Positions 23,643 through 37,259 of a stretch of 64,000 bases of DNA are shown here, piece by piece; within the stretch, counting starts at the first letter, position 1; the number at the start of each line of letters is the position of its first letter. Below the pieces are notes generated by a model. That model was not told where the DNA came from. It did not search any database and saw only the letters and a program-made list of their open reading frames with translations. The translations under genes were made by a program, and so were the position numbers. This DNA comes from Octopus sinensis (taxonomy: Eukaryota), in contig NC_043009.1 of NCBI RefSeq assembly GCF_006345805.1, forward strand, positions 13,826,001 to 13,890,000. The letters are read 5' to 3'.

Positions 23643-24394
23643 AAGAGCCATCAGTAAAGAGTTATATTTTATCACAAAATCTAAACCTCTTTTGAATGCG
23701 TCCACCACAAATGATACTATTACAAGGGCCTTAGAATATTAAAAACAATAAATTCAGAACAGTCACTTCACATGAATTTATTCAGAACAATTCCAATCAT
23801 TATTATTACAATCACAACAGGTCACTTTTAGGTCACTTGTTCATTTAAGAGGATTTCACCAGCATCCTACTACTCTCATACCACTCCCGCATTTTTACCA
23901 TTCTTTCTCTCCTTTTCCTACTCCCTCTTCTTCTTCTTCTTCTTCTTCTTCTTCTTCTTCTTCTTCTTCTTCTTCTTCTTCTTCTTCTTCTTCTTCTTCT
24001 TCGTCGTCGTCGTCGTCGTCGTCGTCATCGTCACCTCCTTTTTCAGCGACTACTGTTGCTTAAATAAGCAAAACCAAGAGCTCATATTAGGACTACTACT
24101 ACCTGCTACCTGCTACCAAGATCTCACATGAGTAAAAGAGAGAAACAGACAGTAAAAAACGAAACTGTTCCTTGCATTTGAAAACTATGGAAATATTTTT
24201 CAAAAACATTTCATTTAATTTTTCACAATTTAATTGATTTTCATGCTTTACTCTAAGTTGAAAAAGTCGCAAAGACTGAGCTCGGTACTAAAATGTTCTT
24301 CTTGATAAAATTATTTTAGCATTTTCTGCGTCGTTTTATTTTCCTTATACATATCAACTCGCGTGTTCCTTTTCAACCTTAAACACGCACACAC

Positions 24395-24489
<95 letters not shown>

Positions 24490-24514
24490 ATATATATTAT
24501 ATATATATATATAT

Positions 24515-24548
<34 letters not shown>

Positions 24549-24626
24549 CACTGACGGTGCCCCACGATGACCGCAGCCTCAAGGCTGAATATATAAAAGA
24601 ATAAAAGTACATATATATATATATAT

Positions 24627-25142
24627 AGGAGTAGGTGTGGTTGTGTGGTAAGTAGCTTGCTTAACAACCACATAGTTCCGGGTTCAGTGCCACGGAGGAA
24701 TGAATAAATTTACACATGTGATCAAACTTCTAACTTCAATGGGCGCACCAAAGCAGAGGTATCAATTGTACAAAGAATTTCACACAGACCAGTAGATGTT
24801 CTCGTTTCATTTAAGATATTTCCGTTTCCAAAATATCTGAGCTTTCCTATATCAATCATTACATCGCGAGTGTTAATAGACGGAAACTGAAAGAAGCCCG
24901 TCGTATATATGCATATATATATATGTGTGTGTGTATATGTTTTTGTGTCTGTGTTTGTCCTCCCAATATCGCTTGACAACCGATGCTGGTGTGTTTATGT
25001 CTCCGTAACTTAGCGGAGTACTAGGCTTACAAAGAATAAGTCCTGGGGTCGATTGGTCGATTTGCTCGACTAAAGGCAGTGCTCCAGCATGGCCACAGTC
25101 AAATGACTGAAACAAGTAACAGAGTAAAAGAGAGTAAAAGAG
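24627..25142 (+). mobile_element. SINE family A, interrupted by a 185-bp insertion
   Basis: Head 24627-24693, body resumes at 24879, tail aagtaacagagtaaaagag. Confidence 0.85.
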
Positions 25143-25311
25143 TATACATATGAATATACATATGTATGTACATATGTATATATATATACGCATACATACA
25201 TATATACATGCATATATATATGTAAATATAAACGCATAAATACATATATATATGCATATATGTATATATATATATATTATATATATACACACACATATAT
25301 AGATTAAATAG

Positions 25312-25452
<141 letters not shown>

Positions 25453-25984
25453 GGGAGAGAGAGAAAGAGAGCGAAAGAAGAAATGTAGCCAGTAAGAACA
25501 TATCAATAAGTGATGAATGTAGTAACTATTCTAAGAAGTAACATTTATCGCCACATCAATATGGCTGTTTCAACGTTACTACCGTTTAACACCAGGTAGA
25601 TCCTCCGTCTGTTGGTTACTGGTGCAGCCTGTGTATATTGCACAGAGGGCAGTGAACCCCCACCATTCTCTAGCAGACAATTGGATCACGAAACCGAACG
25701 TTTTCGAGCTACTTGTGCTCATTTCCTGTCGTGAACACCCGGCCGCTAGACATAGCAGAGATTCGCCTCAGTTCGCAATGTGCAGAAAAATTAGCGTCCA
25801 TCGATCACTAATATTGCAACATACAAATTAGCTAATAAGAATAATCTTAATACGAGAAAAATCTCATGACCCTCATCGACGACCAAAAAGCAAAATTCTT
25901 CTTAATTATTCTATGAATAATTGCCCTCTGTATTCATCTCTATTCCACTTGCCCTCAATATCCCCAAAGGGATAACCCTTAGGA

Positions 25985-26190
25985 GACGTCGAGCTGGCAG
26001 AACTGCATGCCGGGCAAAATTCGTTGCAGTATTTCGTCCGTTCTGAGTTCAAATTACACAGACGTCGACTTTCACTTTCATTCTTTGGAGCTCGATAAAA
26101 ATAAGCACCAGCTGAGTACTGAGGTCTATGCAATCGACTTACCCCTTCTCTAGAAAACGCTGGCCGTGTGCCAAAATCTGAAACCAATAT
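25985..26190 (+). mobile_element. SINE family B
   Basis: Head, core and aaaatctgaaacc tail. Confidence 0.75.
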
Positions 26191-26439
26191 TCATAATTTT
26201 GAACTAAAATAAAAATTTTAAACTTATCTGCAAACACGAAACTCAGACTTATCTCTGATGAGTTTCATACTCATTTTACGAAATGTTTCTCATTAATTTG
26301 GAAACGAAAGTTTTCCTCCGGTCTGAAAGGGTACCAAAGAAAGAGAAGAACCTCAATAATGCTACCGCAATTTTTTATCAGCCTCATCTCCGCAATAACG
26401 CAGGATAAATGGATACGAAATGGTTTTGGAGGAATGAAT

Positions 26440-26710
26440 AAATTTACACGTGATCAAACTTCTAACTTCAATGGGCTCACCAAAGGAGAGATATCAATTA
26501 TACAAAGAATTTCACACAGACCAGTAGATGTTCCCTTTTCATTTAAGATATTTCCGTTTCCAAAATATCTGAGCTTTCCTATATCAATCATTACAACGCG
26601 ACTGTTAATATTGACAGTTGCTGAATTGAATTTTGAGAACTAACGCTTTGCTAATGACCTGTTATGTATGGGATGTTCAATAGTTGGAAGCCCCCATAAT
26701 CTCACTTTAT
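26440..26710 (+). mobile_element. Helitron Pif1-like helicase C-terminal remnant
   Basis: GEISIIQRISHRPVDVPFSFKIFPFPKYLSF..LNFEN*RFANDLLCMGCSIVGSPHNL resembles FKRLQFPVRL..GQLYVACSRV. Confidence 0.65.
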
Positions 26711-27207
26711 ATCACTGATCTTAAAAGTATTGAGTATCCTGAAGTGCTGACATGACAATGTTCCGAAACTGAGAAGGCTATGACAGATCTAGATTTAATA
26801 TCATATGAAAGGGAGCTCATCACAACAATTAGTATCATTTCTTTATCACTACAAAAATTATCATTTCTGCATATGAATAGGTGGGTCAGCCGTAAGCATA
26901 TTTGTTTTCATGCCTCATAAAACCGATATCATTTCTAATGTTTGTATAACACCTGGCATTCTGATTTCTAAACGTGATTCATTTGAGCAGTTAAAATATT
27001 TCGTCAATGAATAATATATTTAAGTTCAATAATAAATGTGGAATATAAGTCTTTAATGCAAAGCCAGAAATCCGGGATCTGGAATTATCCAGTAATTTTT
27101 TGCTAGTTTTATTTTGTCTGTTTTTCTTCTCTCCTTGTGCTGTATGAACATTTAATGTGGTTTTAGAGTAAGATTTTGGCTGCTATTTTCAGCATGGTGG
27201 TATCTCG

Positions 27208-27440
27208 GGGAAGGCGATTAACTGGCAGTAACGGTAGCACGCCGAAGTGCGTAGCCGTATTTCGTCTGCCATTACGTTCTGAGTGCAAATTCCACCGAGG
27301 TAGACTTTACCTTTCCTCCTTTCGGGATCGATAAATTAAGTACCAGTTACGCACTGGGGTCGATATAATCGACTTAAAGCGTTTGTTCTTGTTTGTCCCC
27401 TCTGTGTGTAGCTAGTTGTGGGTAGTAAAGAAATAGGTAT
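27208..27440 (+). mobile_element. SINE family B, alternative tail
   Basis: Core plus ttgtttgtcccctctgtg..aaagaaataggtat tail. Confidence 0.85.
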
Positions 27441-27568
27441 CTCATAGATACCCTAAATTATAATTTTAATAATAATTATTACCATTGAAGGTTTTATTTC
27501 CATGCTGGCCACTTGATAAGTTCGATATTTAATTTAAGTTAACGATATTATCCTTATATATATGTATA

Positions 27569-27971
27569 CTCTTTTACTCTTTTACTTGTTTCAGTCATTT
27601 GACTGCGGCCATGCTGGAGCACCGCTTTTAGTCGAGCAACTCGACCCCGGGACTTATTCTTTGTAAGCCCAGTGCTTATTCTATCGGTCTCTTTTGCCGA
27701 ACCGCTAAGTGACGGGAACATAAACACACCAGCATCGGTTGTCAAGCAATACTAGGGGGGACAAACACAGACACGCAAACACATACACGCATATATATAT
27801 ATACATATATACGACGGGCTTCTTTCAGTTTCCGTCTACCAAATCCACTCACAAGGCTTTGGTCGGCCCGAGGCTATAGTAGAAGACACTTGCCCAAGGT
27901 GCCACACAGTGGGACTGAACCCGGAACCATGTGGTTGGTAAACAAGCTATTTACCACACAGCCACTCCTGC

Positions 27972-27972
<1 letters not shown>
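27569..27972 (-). mobile_element. SINE family A, full length
   Basis: Reverse complement of 40621-41040. Confidence 0.9.
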
Positions 27973-28031
<59 letters not shown>

Positions 28032-28060
28032 TGTATGTATGTATGTATGTGGGTGTATAT

Positions 28061-28266
28061 GTCTGTTTGTCTGTGTTTGTCCCCCTATCATCACTTCACA
28101 ACCGATGCTGTTTGTGTTTAGGTCCCCGTCATTTTGCGGTTCGGTGAAAGAGACCGATTATAATAAGTACTAGGCTTACAAAGAATAAGTCCTGGGGCCG
28201 ATTTGATTCGACTAAAGGCGGTGCTCCAGCATGGCTGCAGTTAAATGACTGAAACAAATAAAAGAA
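28061..28266 (+). mobile_element. SINE family A, 3' half
   Basis: Matches the family body and tail. Confidence 0.8.
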
Positions 28267-28645
28267 AACCTTCTGCGCCAATAAACCACTATTATTCCTG
28301 AAAGTTTATTTTTATATCGTCTACAGATTGCTTGAAGCTCACTAACGTCCTGCACCGAATCTTGGCTTTACATACACAAATAGTCACTGTGAGGATATTT
28401 AGACCTCTTATACAGATATTTTTATCCAAGATACACTGGTTTGATATACATCTTCACCTACAAATTGTTTCATTTCGCATCCAATTTAAACTACAAAGCA
28501 CATATAAATAAAAAGGACAATACAAGGATTACATTATGATCTGTTGGAATACTCCAATATACTAAGAATATATAAGCATGCTTAGTATGTGTGTATGTGT
28601 GTGCGAACACGTGCGTTAAATTTACACATATGCATCTATATATAG

Positions 28646-28700
<55 letters not shown>

Positions 28701-28734
28701 GCAAAAGATGAAGATGGGTATGTAAACAACAAAC

Positions 28735-28880
28735 AGATATATTAGTTAACGTTCGGAAGGTGTGAAAGTATTTTATGTTTCGAGCAAACGCTCTTCAACA
28801 GAAAAGAACACAGAAATATGCAGAGAGAGAAAATGAAAAAAAAGTTTTCGTGGTTAGCGATCAATCATGGCGAATTCTAT
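28735..28880 (-). mobile_element. Penelope-like pseudo-LTR remnant
   Basis: ctgttgaagagcgtttgctcgaaacata on the minus strand. Confidence 0.5.
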
Positions 28881-28915
28881 ATCTATACACACACACACAA
28901 CACACAACACACATA

Positions 28916-28956
<41 letters not shown>

Positions 28957-28963
28957 ATTATTC

Positions 28964-29013
<50 letters not shown>

Positions 29014-30901
29014 TATATATATATACATGCAGTTATTCGTATATGTGCCTGTGTGTAGTGAAGGCTGTATGTGCGATTGTGAGTTTAGTCTTATACTGAT
29101 CAAACAAACCGTGTTGATTATAACTGTTTGTGATAAACAAAATTATATCTATTGTTTTTAACTATTGTAAATCGTTTTGAAGAAACTAAAATATTTGGCA
29201 ACAATAAATGGTTAAATATAATTTTCTTTTTCTTTCCTAAATACAAACAAAATTGCTTTTTTGCCTTATGATTGCTAAAATAAATATTAACAGAAAACGT
29301 TTTTTTAAGTAAAATTAAAAATAGCTGTAAAAATAAAACGAAAAATCCACAATGTATAAATCACTGAGTTGCAAAATTCTCAATTCTAGGTCAAATTTTG
29401 AAATGCTTTGAAGTGCATCACACTCTAGTCTACATATATAGAGGTAAACAACAGGAGATGGTAACAGCCATTTGCAATAGTGAACAAGAAGCCATCTCAG
29501 CTTACATGCCCCAAGTCGTCATATATAATCTGTTGAGTGACCAAAGTATGAGTCATCAATGTATCGCCGATGTGCTTGACATCATGACGAATTGAACATG
29601 AATGACTCTGACGTTCCAAATTTTTGTTTGTTCCGAAAGATGCTACTGGCATCCCGGATATCGAAAAGAGAAAACTTAAATGCTAATTGTGGTAAAACAA
29701 TCTTCCGCTGAGCGTTCTTCACATTCGTGTCGAGAGGGTCCCTACAATGCACCGCAGCTACTAACATCACTGCTGCAATCGCAAAGTGAAGCAACTGTCG
29801 AGCAACAGCTGCACCAACACAATTATCCAAAACAACTCAGATACTTGAATGTACGTTTGCATTGCAACGGAAAGTGAACAACCAGATATATAAACATATT
29901 CCTGCGAACAACCAGCACATTAACGTTAGGGGATTATTTGAAAGGCATCTTAGAGATACGCAGATATTGTATTGTACAAAATCCTCACAAATCTGCTCAA
30001 GCATTTCCAACCTCAATGACAGATTTCACTAATGTCCCGATGTGAATTCGTGAAATCGCAGCGGGTCATCTAAGTTATACTATGATTATCGTCGGGTTGA
30101 ATAACTTACCATAATTTTTTTCCTAATAGTTGGCTATGTGGACCATACATTCGTGGCGCTACATTCAACTTGGAACAGATCAGCAAATAGTAAGGCCTGA
30201 AAGCGTCCTTCGTAGCTCTGAAAAGTTTGAGTGTCAGGATTAGCCAACTATTTAAACGTTGTTTCACGTAGCCCTTCTTTAGTAACAAATGGTGGGTTTT
30301 GATAAAAACGAACATCTGTTATCGAGACTTAGTGCAAAATATGGGGCTTACATTGCACATTCTAGGGACTGTTCGGAAAAACACAAAGGCATGAAACCCA
30401 TTGGAATGGCACGGATGGTGTGGCAGCCTAGCAACAAATCCTCTGTCCAGATTTTGATGGTCATAGAAGACACTTTCTGCACGAATACAAGCAGATATAT
30501 GTAATTTTGCAGGAGCACTTGCACAATTGGTCGAGCGAAATACTGAACAGCGTACGTCACACATTCCAACCAGCGGCCATCTCGTACAACAACAATCATT
30601 GCTGCTGCTCTTCACGCTATTGTTAGTATTTCTGATGCTAATGGTGTTGTAGTTATTGCTGTAGTCGTTGGGGTTGTTGAGATTGCAGTGTTGGCAGTAG
30701 GGGAAGCTTCCCTTCAGCGACCGCTTTCTGTTTCGCTTGATATTGCGTGCAGAAAGCTTTATGGCGGTCAGTGTTCCCGCAAGGTTTTCATTTCCAACAG
30801 CGTGTAGGCTCTTCTAACGCAACACATTTCGCTGACTACCAGATGGCTGATTCTAACTACGATTTTTATTCCGATCACATTCCGTCTGAGCTAAACCAAA
30901 A

Positions 30902-31260
30902 TCTATATATATTATATATATAAACGGCAAAATGTCTGAGTGTGCGTCCTTTATACAAATCCACAATTTTCAGTTAGAGGGCTCTCACTTTCTAATGTCA
31001 TTCAAAACCGTCCAAGGTCCGGCACATTTTTGCATTTCCCCAGTCAAAGCCATTAAAAAATCAATAGAAGTGACTTTTTTGTGAATTTTCTATCCAAAAC
31101 CCAATCAAAATGCCCGAAACTTGATAGGCCAATTGAATGCCAGCTAGCTGTATGTGATTGGTCGGAGATTTGGACAGTACTCGCGTGTATATGCACACAC
31201 ACACAGCTGTATATGCATGCACTAGCACTATGACTCGGCAACACCGGGTCATAGTGCTAT
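30902..31260 (+). mobile_element. Non-autonomous Helitron
   Basis: A|TCTATAT start; 3' hairpin ctcggcaacaccggg; ends CTAT (likely a decayed CTAG) followed by T. Confidence 0.7.
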
Positions 31261-31629
31261 TATCAATATAAATTCCTTATTTTAGATTAGACGATAGCGT
31301 GTTTCAGTGCTCCGAATGAAAATAGCCATACGCGGTTATGCCGGCTGTCATTAATCATAAAGCCTCTGTCTCTTTCAATATTTTTCAGACGTAGTTCTGT
31401 TTGTTCCGTTGAGATTTACTTCTGTCTAAATATTTTCAAAATTATCTCTGTCTACCACCATTTGTTTGTCTTTCCTCCACCACCATCCTAAGATACTTTG
31501 GATCATTGGAACCGTTTGAGTTTTCCGATTTCTGAATGGATTTTGTTCAATGAAACTAAATTGAATGTGTTGACCGCATGGGCAGAAATGCGTTCAGCTC
31601 TACAACAGTAGTGATTACTACTACTACTG

Positions 31630-31716
<87 letters not shown>

Positions 31717-31737
31717 TAATAATAATAATAATAATAA

Positions 31738-32130
31738 CAATCCTTTGTACTATAGGCGCAAGGCCTGAAATTTTGGGGGAGGGATCTAGTCGATTATATC
31801 GACCGCAGTGCGTAACTGGTACTTATTTTATCGACCTCGAAAGATGAAAAGCAAAGTCAACCTCATCGAAATTTGAACTCAGACAGTAAGGACGGACGAA
31901 ACGCTGCTATGCATTTTGTCCGGTGTGCTAACGATTCTGCCAGCCCCTCGCCTTTATAAGCTTCCCAATTCTGGCACAAGGTCAATATCGGGCGAGGCGA
32001 TAAATCGATTATATCCCCAGTACTCACAAGCTAACTATTTTATCGACACCGAAAGGATTAAGGGAAAAAGTCGACCTCTATGGAATTTAAAATCAGAATG
32101 TCAAGAAGGGCCAAATGGTGCTAACAATTG
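31738..32130 (-). mobile_element. Two tandem SINE family B copies
   Basis: Core motifs at ~31800-31880 and ~32000-32090. Confidence 0.75.
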
Positions 32131-32145
32131 TGTCACTTCGCTACC

Positions 32146-32369
32146 TTACTCATTACTCTTTACTCTTTTACTTGTTTCAGTCATTTGACTGTGGCCATGC
32201 TGGAGCACCGCCTTTAGCCGAGCAAATTGACCCCAGGACTTATTCTTTGTAGACCTAGTACTTATTCTATCGGTCTCTTTTGCCGAACCGCTAAGTTACG
32301 GAGACGTAAACACACCAGCATCGGTTGTCAAGCGCTGTTGGGGCGACAAACACAAACACACAAACGTAT

Positions 32370-32378
<9 letters not shown>
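32146..32378 (-). mobile_element. SINE family A, 3' half
   Basis: Matches the family body and tail. Confidence 0.8.
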
Positions 32379-32400
<22 letters not shown>

Positions 32401-34289
32401 ATCGTCGCTGTGAGAACGATTACCTTCCATATAAATAAATTTTTCCACATAACTTTATTTGATTTTGGTAAATGAACGGTCTACTTGTTTATTTTAATGT
32501 TCAATCTATGTAAACAGCGAGTTTCTTTGTCGTGGGCGTCGGGGAAACACGTGACAAGAAATGAAAACAAAATTGAAAGAAGAAAGCCTCATAGTACTAA
32601 TGATAACAATTAAGAAACACTCCCAGCTGCGTAATCTACTGAAAATTGTATATACGACCATTTTAGATAACCTGTTGAAAATTGTTAAAAAATACCTTAG
32701 GACAGAATCAATAATATTTTATGAATCCAGTCAAGTTCTAAAGATAAAAGCAAAAGACAAGAAAACGTATACCAAAGCTAAACTTTGTTTAAGCACACTA
32801 ACCTACCTTGAGTTGCGTAGTCAAATTTACCATAAAACTGAAAATACTGAAAACATAAAAGCAATTATACTATTATTTGCAAATGGCCAAGTGGTTAAAA
32901 CACTGTGACTGAAGCTATTTAAGTACGTATAAAAATGTATAAAAATGAGAAGGAAATACAATATATGTTTGGAAGTCTACTAAAATTGTTAATGAATCTA
33001 ACGAAATATAATACTGGGTATAGGCAATACGCAGTTGGTGACTGTTTGAAATTAGCTTATCGATAAATGTGAGAATGAATAAGACAATTTTCTTTTCTTT
33101 ATTAAAAACGGTGCAATATTACCAATCATTTCTGCCTACCAGACTTAACTACACTAGAGAATCAGTAGTCTTTAATATAATTAATTCTATATAGAACATA
33201 CTTTGTCTAATAAAATAAATAATACGAGCACTTAAGGAAGGCTACAGACAACTACAAGAAAGAATGCCAGATTTTTTTCGTTGCATTATTTTCTCAAATT
33301 TTACCATAACGTGCATGGCTACATGTTTAACACAGTTACTTCTGAATCACAAAATCTTTGGTAGGTAAAAGAGCCAGTTCAAGCTATGTATGTGAAGTTG
33401 TGTAGATGCTGTTTGGAAATATTTTTATGGACATACCTGTAACTGAAAGATCTAGCTTTCTCACGTGCTATGTCGTATTGATTCGTCTTCAGAATTTTGT
33501 CAATAGAACACGTTTCTGTAGAACAGTCAACTATTTCATACGTTATTTCTAAGAATACGTCATTCGGTTGATGAAGCAACTTCAGAATTGAAGGGCATAT
33601 TAAACAACGTAGTCGTATAAATACAAAAAGATGTATCTGATCGTAACTGAATCGTTTTTGATTATAGGTTTGCTCGGTCAAGGCTGACAGAGATGAAAGT
33701 TGCTACAAAAGAATATGATTTAGCCCTTGCAAATATGGTTGCACTCATAGCCAACCATACTTCATCAGCCCTTAATAATTCTTCCCAAGACTCGTTCTAT
33801 CGAAAGGCGTTTACTTCTTCGTGTGTTAACCAACCTCATGTTTTACATCGACGAAATGGTAAAGTGCCATTTTCATCGCAAGCACATCAGTCGCGGTGTC
33901 TCTCATCGACTAACTGGACTCATCATAATCTAATATTCTCTAACATTACTTCTGTGCAATTTTGCTGAGTCAACTATCTTGGCTCTTTTCAAACACGTTC
34001 CTCAGTAGTTGTTGAAAATCACACGGTGAATTCTCACTTAATTGGGTTGTTGTAGATTCTTGCGCACCAGGATGCCACACTGAATCGACGCGTTCAGCGT
34101 CCAGTTACTAGGCCCTTGTATATGTGTCCTGTCTCGGTTCATTATATAGATAGCAAACTTTTAGTTTCTGTAGGTGATCAGATGAAACTCTGAGTATCCT
34201 AAGCTACCTCTATCCACTGACCTAACAAACGCTGTATCTCGTATACAGCATTTCCGATCAGGATGATGCGATATCATTCCAATTCAAAA

Positions 34290-34475
34290 TGCAAGTTGGA
34301 AGGCTGAAACTGCTTAAGTAGACTTACAATGTTTTCAATAAGGGTGGAGCACTTGCAGAAAACAGCACTGCTTGGAAACACTCGAATACTCTGAAAGGTG
34401 GGCGTTACCTTAGTTCACTGGTAGTGAACAGTTGACACTGTAGTACATCTCCAGCATTAGAAGCTGTGCAAAGGC

Positions 34476-34476
<1 letters not shown>
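34290..34476 (+). mobile_element. 3' end of a further R4/Dong-like lineage
   Basis: IRVEHLQKTALLGNTRIL*KV, then UTR and (TAA)n from 34477. Confidence 0.7.
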
Positions 34477-34537
<61 letters not shown>

Positions 34538-34539
<2 letters not shown>

Positions 34540-35196
34540 GTTTCAAATTTTGACACAAGGGCAACGTATTGGGGGAAGGGATAAGTGGACTACAACAACT
34601 CCAGTGTTTAACTGGTACTTGATTTATCGACCCCGAAATGATGAAAAGCAAAGTCGACCTCTGCGGAATTTGAACTCAGTACGTAGAAGCAGACGAAATA
34701 CCTATTTCTTTATTACTTACAAATGGCTAAACACAGAGAGGACAAACAATGACAGACAAACGGATTAAGTCAATTATATCGACCCCAGTGCGTAACTGGT
34801 ACTTATTTAATCGACCCCGAAATGATGAAAGGCAAAGTCAACCTCGGCGGGATTTGAACTCATAACGTAGCGGCAGACGAAATACCTCTGAGCATTTCGC
34901 CCGACGTGCTAAGGATTCTGCCAGTTCACCGACTTAAAAAAAAAAAAAAAAATAATAATAATAATAAAAATTATAATAATAATGATAAGTATAATCCTTT
35001 CTACTAAATCAACAAGGCTTGAAATTTGATGGAAGTGGGGATAGTCGATTACATAGACCCCAATGTTTCACTGGTACTTAATTTATCAAACCCGAAAGGA
35101 CGAAAGGCAATGTCGACCTCGAGGAATTTGAACTCAGAAAGTAAGGACAGACGATATCCCCCGGCGTCTGCTAACGATTCTGCTAGCTCACCACCT
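34538..35196 (-). mobile_element. Three tandem SINE family B copies
   Basis: Core repeated at ~34600, ~34780 and ~35050; TAA spacers. Confidence 0.8.
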
Positions 35197-35253
35197 TTAT
35201 AATGATAATAATAATAATAATATAATAATAATAATAATTATTATTATTATTAC

Positions 35254-35300
<47 letters not shown>

Positions 35301-35554
35301 GGAGGAGGAGGAGGAGGAGGACGAGGAGGAGGAGGAGTTAAAACAAAGAAGAAGAACAACAAGAAGAACAACAAGAAGAACAAGAAGAAGAAGAAGAAGA
35401 AGAACAAGAAGAAGAAGAAGAAGAAGAAGAAGAAGAAGAAGAAGAAGAAGAGGGAGTAGGAAAAGGAGAGAAAGAATGATAAAAATGCGGGAGTGGTATA
35501 AGAAGAAGAAGAAAAAGAAGAAGAAGAAGAAGAATGTGTACTTTATTTTGACAG

Positions 35555-35665
35555 AAAATTTGATTTAGAAATATTTAATGTCAGAGATGGAAAAAAAATT
35601 TTGATTGCGATGGAATACAGTGAAACAAATCTGAAGACTCGCAGAATTCTTCCAGCTGTACTTAA
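35555..35665 (+). CDS. Candidate symmetric 111-nt host exon KFDLEIFNVRDGKKILIAMEYSETNLKTRRILPAVL
   Basis: ctttattttgacag| ... aa|gtaaat; open frame, phase 2-2. Confidence 0.3.
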
Positions 35666-35898
35666 GTAAATAATTATGTATGGACAGAACTGTTGTGTTT
35701 TTAAACATGCCTGAAGCAGTATTCATATATTTGGATAAGATTTCCAAAAAGGAGCAGAGAAAACAGAATAATTCTATTCACATGATAATTTCAGAAATTA
35801 GCGAAGTGCGAATTGGACTATTTACTTAAATCGACCTCTTTCCCTATCTGTCAATTATCAAGTGACTGCTAGAAAACAAATCCCTTGTAGGTATAAAT

Positions 35899-35941
<43 letters not shown>

Positions 35942-36009
35942 TATACAGACACACACGTTCACACACGCGCGCATACACGCACACACATACTGTTATGTCT
36001 GTGTATGCG

Positions 36010-36063
<54 letters not shown>

Positions 36064-36309
36064 GTATGAATGTATGTATGTATAGATAATTATATGTAGG
36101 CACCTCAGATTTTAATGTAATCTGCATAGAAGTATATATGTGTTTAAAGACTAACATAAGTTAGTATTTGGTTGGATATCATAAATATTCATGGATATAT
36201 TAGAGTTTATGGAAGATTTTCAGTGTCAATAGCATCCATAATACACTCGCACGATCGCGTTCGTGTATGTGTATGTTTTAGCACGTGTGCACACGGTACA
36301 TATGTGCGT

Positions 36310-36343
<34 letters not shown>

Positions 36344-36490
36344 TTGAATTAGCTGCTTATTTTTCAAGAAATTAGTAGATGTTGTTTCTTTCCCTGATGT
36401 ATTTAAATGTATAACAGTTATACACTCGTGCTGTATGTAATCTTATTATTATTTATTTACCTAAGTGTGTGTGCTTGTGTATTTTTCCAC

Positions 36491-36535
<45 letters not shown>

Positions 36536-36537
36536 GG

Positions 36538-36745
36538 TAATCCAAACATGAAAACACCAAGAGAAAACACAACAACGCGAGGACGTGGAACAAATGTAGT
36601 ATTATTGGACGCTCAGGAAGGAAGGGAAGAAGGGGGCTTGTATGTTTCGAGCGGAGCTCTTCGTCGGAAACATAGGAAAAGGAAAGATCCAGAGAAGGGA
36701 AGACGGAGGGAACAAATCGCCAACGGTACACACGCGGTCACATGT
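36538..36745 (-). mobile_element. Penelope-like pseudo-LTR remnant
   Basis: Same family as 62870-63050 and the partial copy at 6408-6495. Confidence 0.6.
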
Positions 36746-37048
36746 ATGTATGTATATATGTATGTTTGTATGTATGTATGTATGTATGTATGTATGTATG
36801 CATGTATGTATGTATGTATGTATGTATGTATGTATGTATGTATGTATGTATGTATGTATGTATTATGTATGTGTGCGTGTGTGCAAACATACATACTCGC
36901 ATGTAGCTTTAAAATATGTGCAAAATCTATTATTTTCATACTAATAATATACACTTCTAAACTTTTTCCTGATTTAAATTTCCCGATTTATTCTCAGTCG
37001 CTAATTTTTTCTGAATTTTAAAAAGACATTCACACACACACACACACA

Positions 37049-37120
<72 letters not shown>

Positions 37121-37259
37121 AACAAAGTGACACATGCATACCTACACCATATCCTTTTACATTATCAGACGTGCGTAAACTTCACAATCATGATGTCTTT
37201 ATATCGGTGAAAGAAACAAACAACAGTGCTCTAAGGAAAACTAAACGTTACTTAGTGAT

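Noticed and set aside
26240-26310. CTGATGAG..CGAAA hammerhead-like motif
   Set aside because: Stem I does not pair and stem II is only 2 bp.
29398-30830. GC-richer segments with possible gag-like (CxxC..GH..C) remnants; similar segment at 6640-6930
   Set aside because: Possibly LINE ORF1 debris, but too degenerate to call.
32561-32908. 115-aa Lys/Ile-rich ORF
   Set aside because: AT-driven composition and no recognisable motif.
33380-34080. Possible mariner remnant or minus-strand exon (cag|gtatgt at ~33435)
   Set aside because: Motifs are not recoverable in a consistent frame.
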